This document shows positions 58,745 through 64,000 of a stretch of DNA of 64,000 bases, one piece after another. The stretch is taken from assembly GCF_003704095.1 (NCBI RefSeq), contig NW_020846801.1, positions 124,001 through 188,000 of the forward strand, in the 5' to 3' direction. The translations under genes and the position numbers were made by a program. Every line of letters begins with the position of its first letter. Position 1 is the first letter of the stretch. The notes under the pieces were generated by a model, which was not told where the DNA came from, made no database searches, and was given only the letters and a program-made list of their open reading frames with translations. This stretch comes from Pocillopora damicornis. Its lineage: Eukaryota.

Positions 58745-61700
58745 ATGTCTTCACGTCCACTTGTGTTGTGTTTGGTTCCTTCGACTTCTCCATCGCCTAT
58801 GATGTTAGAACTTGCCGAGCGTTCATATAAGGACGATTTTATTCTCATCCACGGAGTGAAAGTCGCTGATCTGAGCCAAAACGAGCGGGAAAATGTGAAA
58901 GGAATAATTTGCAACGATGGATTTAGATGTTCAAAAATGAGAGTGAACAGAGAAATTATGGACCTGCTGCCGAATTTAAAAGCGATCAGTACTCCAAGCG
59001 CAGGTGTGGATCACATTGATGTAGAGGAAGCTACCGCACGTGGAATTCGTGTAGGTTATGTTCCGGGCCATTTTACGAGCGATTCCGTCGCAGAGTTTGC
59101 TCTCGGTTTGCTGTTGGCATCTGCGAGGTCAATTTTACTGGCAAACGAAATAGCAAAGTCGTCTGATGCAGCACAATTAGCGGTAAGATTTTATCCTCCA
59201 TCTGGAAAATACTCCAACGACTTACGGAAATTTCCGAAAATGTGCCGAAGACTTCCGGGGGTTGACGAAAATATCTAGATTGTTTGCAAAATTGTATTGG
59301 TTAGTTTAATTTTCTCCGAGATGTGCAAATGAAGAGGAAAAAATTAAATATGATGGATTTATAGGTCAGCATTTGAAATTGTCCAGTTTGCATGCATAGA
59401 TGAATGGTCATTCTTGTTGACATTTCTGGTGGGATTAGTATTTGAACTGTCCCGAAGAGCATATAATTGATGCAGATTCACGAGTTTCCTCCGAAATAGA
59501 TGTATGATATACAGCCAAATGGCTTGTGAGGCATTTTTTGTTTGAAGTCTAATCTGATGTCAGTGAGTTAGGCCATTTAGGTAAGAGAGGGGTTTAACTT
59601 CAACGAAATCATTGAGTTTCTGTTACATAAACAGGAGTTTATTAAGGCAATATTAGGTATTTGGTATTTAAGTGATCCCCGGGTATTACACTAGAATAAT
59701 TATCAAGAAGTTAACTTTATTTTTACCAGAATATTTTGCGCTCACTTCCTTCATCACAAGTGACTGGTTCAACTCTTGGCATTGTCGGTTTTGGGAATAT
59801 TGGAAGGGCACTTACTGAGCGAGCCAAAGGATTCAAAATGAACATTTTGTATCATTGTCGGACGAGGAAAGAAGAGCTAGAAAAATCTTCAGGTAACAAG
59901 TGATACCGATCGAGGTGATTTGTAGAATGAGTAAGTTTGAACCCTCAGATAGTCTGCAACACCTTAAACTAAGCCGAGACCACACAATTTTGGCAATGAG
60001 GTCTCAATGGTGATATTTCTCAAAACGATTGTCTCAAATCAGTTACCTTATTGTATCTAAAAATTAATGTTTGATTCTACAAAATACTTCCCCCCCCTCT
60101 CTTTTGACAGTCCTTCTCCGAGTGGTCTTTGATCTCCTTCTCGCCCTTCGACCTTCTAGTGTCCACCCCAATGCCGTAAAACAGTCGTTCCCACCCTCTC
60201 TCCTGAGTACGTGTCCCAACTAGTTCCACCTTCTTCGCACCTCGCAGCTAATTTCATTGATTTCTGCCATTTCAACTACTCTCTTGTTTGTCATTCTTTG
60301 CTGCCATCTCATCCTCAGTTTCCGTCTTAGGCACTGGCTTTGGAAACTATTCAGTTTTCTTTCATCGGTCTTTGTGATCTGGGTATGTTGGTTCTCCTTC
60401 CTATTTCTCTGGCCGACAACACCTTCCATAGCCTCTGAAATGTACCTTGTGCCTACAATCTGTTCCTAACATCTTCATTGCCTCCACCTTCCTTGTCTAC
60501 AATAGCTCCAAGATACGCAAACTCCTCGGTATCTTCCACTTCTTCACCATTCACCACAATGTTCTCCCTGTTCCTAACAAACTAAGTCCTCAGTGTCTTG
60601 CACTTTCTCTCATTAAGTTTAAGGCCAGCTCTAGCTGCTTCCTTCATCAATCTCCCAGTCTTCTCACGCAAGTCATTGAACTTGGATGAAAGAAGTGCGC
60701 TGTTGTCCGAAAAATCAAGATCCTCCGACACTTCATGGCCAGTAAGAATAAGAATCCTGACATTACACATTCCTACTTTACTCCCAACTTAATCTTGAAC
60801 CAGTCTGATGCTTCGCATCCGTCGGCGATCACAGCGCATTCAAACCCTTCATATGTGCTTACTATCGCTCTCACCAGAGCTCCTTGTTTCTACCGTTCTC
60901 ATTGGCCTTTTTTGCTGTTGTAGCCCTCTCCTTTAACCACTTCCTCCTGTCCTCCTTAGCACTACGTTTCACTTCCTTATCTTTTGCATTACAGAAAAAC
61001 TTAATGGGTCCTTTGAAAAACTGGGAGCACGCACTTGACTTGTGATGGTAATTTGTGATTTTGTCGGTTGAAAACATGACTTTAGGGAAAAAAGGCTATA
61101 AGTTCGAAGTTGAACTTCAGAATAGGAGTAGAAATAGTCTCTATGTACACATTGGTGCCCGCTTGCACTCTTAATAGCTAAGGGTGACTTAAACTTAATT
61201 TACGTTAAAAAAACGTATCCTAGCTCTGTAAAGCTGAAACAAGTGCTGAAAGAGGGCCGCTAACAGCATCTATAGATATGTCCATAGCTACGTGCAGAAA
61301 ATTAACGAATTGGCGAAGAGAATTTAGGATAATCATTATATGGAGAAGCCTCGATTTAACGCTTATTACAACGATGGCGACTCCTCCTTGTTACACTTGA
61401 GAAAGAAATAACCATCCGGAAATATCCCTAAAATTTCTTGTTTACTTAAATTTGAATTTTTTGTCAGAAGAAGTAATGGTTTCTGTAATTGTAAGGCAGG
61501 ATTACACCTCACTTACAATGTAAGCCTGAATTTTTTTTTTGACTCCCTTTTCCATTTCTTTTAGTGGAGATAGAGGCCATATTTAGTTACAGGCCTGAAT
61601 TGAACCTACATATTTTCATAAACAATATTGACGACATCATTAAAGATGGGAACACTACTGTATTTCTCACTTATTTTTGTTTCTTTTCTCCATGAAATTC

Positions 61701-62103
61701 AGGTGCTACATTCTGTTTGGAATTAAAGGAGCTCTTGACAGCATCTGACTTTGTTGTTCTGTGCTTACCATTGACCCCTGAAACAACTAATTTCATTTCA
61801 GCAGAAGAACTCAGGATTATGAAGTCTACAGCAACACTTATTAATGTAGGTCGTGGAGGAACTGTCAATCATGATGATCTTACCGTGGCATTACAGAGGG
61901 GGGTTATAAAAGCTGCAGCATTAGATGTCACAGATCCACCAGTTCTTCCCAAGGACCACCCCCTATTTAACATGTCAAATGTGATTATTACCCCTCACGT
62001 TGCATATTTGACAACGAATGTTCAACAACTACGCTGTTCGACTTCATTGGATAATTTAAAGGCTGGTGTAAAAGATGAAGAGCTTCTTTACTCAGTAAAC
62101 TGA
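58745..62103 (+). CDS. D-isomer-specific 2-hydroxyacid dehydrogenase (GRHPR-like), 333 aa, 3 exons
   Basis: Exons 58745-59182, 59730-59892 and 61703-62103 are phase-consistent. Motifs [17 protein letters not shown] (Rossmann), LINVGRG, AALDV and ITPH. Confidence 0.9.
60100..60990 (-). mobile_element. Decayed RTE-like LINE reverse-transcriptase fragment in dehydrogenase intron 2
   Basis: DLDFSDN (degenerate YADD region), [20 protein letters not shown] and LGHVLR motifs, broken by frameshifts and stops. Confidence 0.75.
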
Positions 62104-62776
62104 AAGAGGAAATTACGTGAATGCGTGGATGCAAACTCTAATGATTGTTTGATTGATCGATAACTATATTCATGCATGGTTAAAAATTTCAATCCTCTAG
62201 ACTCTGAAAACAGCAAATTATCATTCAGTTTTGGAAATGCAAAGCAGTTGAACTTGTTTACACTATATTGATAATAATTGTCCTGAAGGCTTGCACAACA
62301 AATAACAAACTGGGAGTTAAAGGGTTAAAAAATTTCCTTGCTTTTTCAGTTTAAGTGCTCATGATAAGTTACAGCGGATTTCATGATTTGAAAATATGTA
62401 TTATAGAATCGAAATTATGAAATTTTAGGAGCCCCATCCTAAATTCTTGCAAGTTTGTAATCTGCTTTTTCAAAGAATACTGCGGTGTGAACACTATTGT
62501 TCTATATATTAGACACCGGTGTCAGATTCTAAACACAAGTGTTCTATTTCTAGACACTAGTGTAAAATTGTTTACCATATAGTGTCTGATTTTAGACATT
62601 AGCATGCTATTTTAAACACCTATCTAAGGTCTTAGATAATGGCTCTGTTATCATTGATGTTGATCATGTGAATTTTTTACATTTCGTCATTGAAAATCAT
62701 TGTAACCATTTACAACATAGGGCTGTAGCTGAGAGATATGGGGAGCCATTTGTGCCAAAAATATCATTGAATTGCC

Positions 62777-62968
62777 AGCGATAAAACTCAGTCGTAAGTG
62801 CTAAAATATCAATCGTTAGTGGTTAAACTCGATCTTTAGTGCTAAAATATCAATCGCTAGTTGTAAAACTCAATCGTTAGTGCTAAAGTATCAATAGCTA
62901 GTGGTAAAACTCAATCGTTGGTGCTAAGGTATCAATCGCTAGTGATAAAACTCAATCGTCAGTGCTAA
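62777..62968. repeat. 41-bp minisatellite (~4.5 units; 20/21-bp sub-repeat)
   Basis: agtgctaaaatatcaatcgttagtggttaaactcgatcttt and variants, head to tail. Confidence 0.8.
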
Positions 62969-63235
62969 TATGGATTTGTTCTCGATTTAAACTTGAACCA
63001 GTCTCCCGCCTGATGAACAAAGATGAACCAATCAAATCTTGTTTACTTTCTTGAAATCTATTGATAAGGGACATTGAAATTAGTATAAAGAAAAAGATAG
63101 ACCGGCTCGACCTCCCCATGTAACTTTTGTGGTCGCGTCGCATTATCGCCTTCTAATTATATTTTTGCCCTCACAAGGGATTTTCCCTTTTTGTAAGAGA
63201 TGATCGGAGGTTTTGNNNNNNNNNNNNNNNNCAAT

Positions 63236-64000
63236 TTTTAAATGCCGGGTGGTACGTTGTGACAAAAGGAAATAAACGATCGTGACCTTTTGGCTTTTGT
63301 GTATATGTAAAGAGCCGATTGTCTAGAGGTAAATTTGACACCTGGCAGAGACATTTCTATGATGTTTTCTGGGCACCTTCTTTTCTTGAGGTGTTGTTTA
63401 AAGTTCAAGAGTCCCACTTCAAATGTTTCTTTTGAAGAGTTAGCTCTACGCAATCTTATTGCTTCACCTTTAATGAAACCATATTTTACGCCTAGTGGTT
63501 AGTCTCGGTCGGCTTGAAATGGGTTGTGGTGTCCAAGATGGAATCTTTTGCGAATCTTTTTCCATTTGGTTCTCTGATATTTCGGCCATGAATTTGATAG
63601 TAAGGTGGAAATAGTTAGCTCGTTTAATAAACCGATCTAACTCTTTTCTGTCGCAATCCCAAAGGGAGAAAACCTAATCAATGTAACGTTTCCATTCTCA
63701 GTGGCTTTGTTTCGCTTTGTTGGATTAATTTCGTTCCAATTTGCGCCATGAAAATATTGGCGAGTGACACTGCCATTTTTGTACCCATAGCGGTTCCATG
63801 TGTTTGGAGGGATCGGTGCGTTATGGTTGTGGAACTTTTAGTATGCTACACACTCTACATTCGTTCCTTCTTCTGGACGTATATTTGTGTACAAGCTAGA
63901 AACGTCCATTGATACCACAATAGTATCTTTGCCTATCTTTGTTTTTTCTAAGAAATTGAAAAAAGCAGTGGTATACTTTATATAGGTTGTTGCAATTGCG
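63236..64000 (-). mobile_element. Penelope-like retroelement RT fragment (decayed)
   Basis: Minus strand encodes SMDVSSLYTNI, GTAMGTKMAVSLANIFMA, WKRYID* and GFIKGEAIRLLRANS. Confidence 0.75.

Noticed and set aside
62777-62968. CRISPR-like array
   Set aside because: No unique spacers; head-to-tail minisatellite in eukaryotic DNA with no cas genes.

Overview
Eukaryotic, AT-rich, intron-containing animal DNA. The repeat families resemble those I associate with stony corals (inference). The scaffold has several N gaps. (1) 1-18.3 kb: five same-strand (+) long ORFs encoding low-complexity, probably disordered proteins with no family I can recognise. Four end in a CaaX prenylation box (CSIM, CCVM, CLIL, CTVM), each with an acidic [W/F]xxV LIR/AIM-like motif 34-45 residues from the C-terminus. 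The fifth ends in a class I PDZ ligand (ETLL). Members also carry a 15-copy SxIP (EB1-binding) array, MARCKS/AKAP79-like polybasic motifs and PxIxIT-like calcineurin docking motifs, and two have CLEAR-type TCACGTGAC boxes upstream. This cluster is the best candidate for an undescribed system. (2) 19-45 kb: two diverged paralogous copies of two-pore channel 1 (TPCN1). Copy A can be reconstructed exon by exon on the minus strand. Copy B is fragmented and partly mis-scaffolded, and shows an excess of amino-acid-changing differences. (3) A complete 4-exon Yippee-like gene (49.75-50.52 kb, minus). (4) A transposon-rich block (Pao fragment, two long-TIR elements). (5) A 3-exon GRHPR-like D-2-hydroxyacid dehydrogenase lacking the catalytic Glu, with a LINE fragment in intron 2, followed by a minisatellite and a Penelope-like element.
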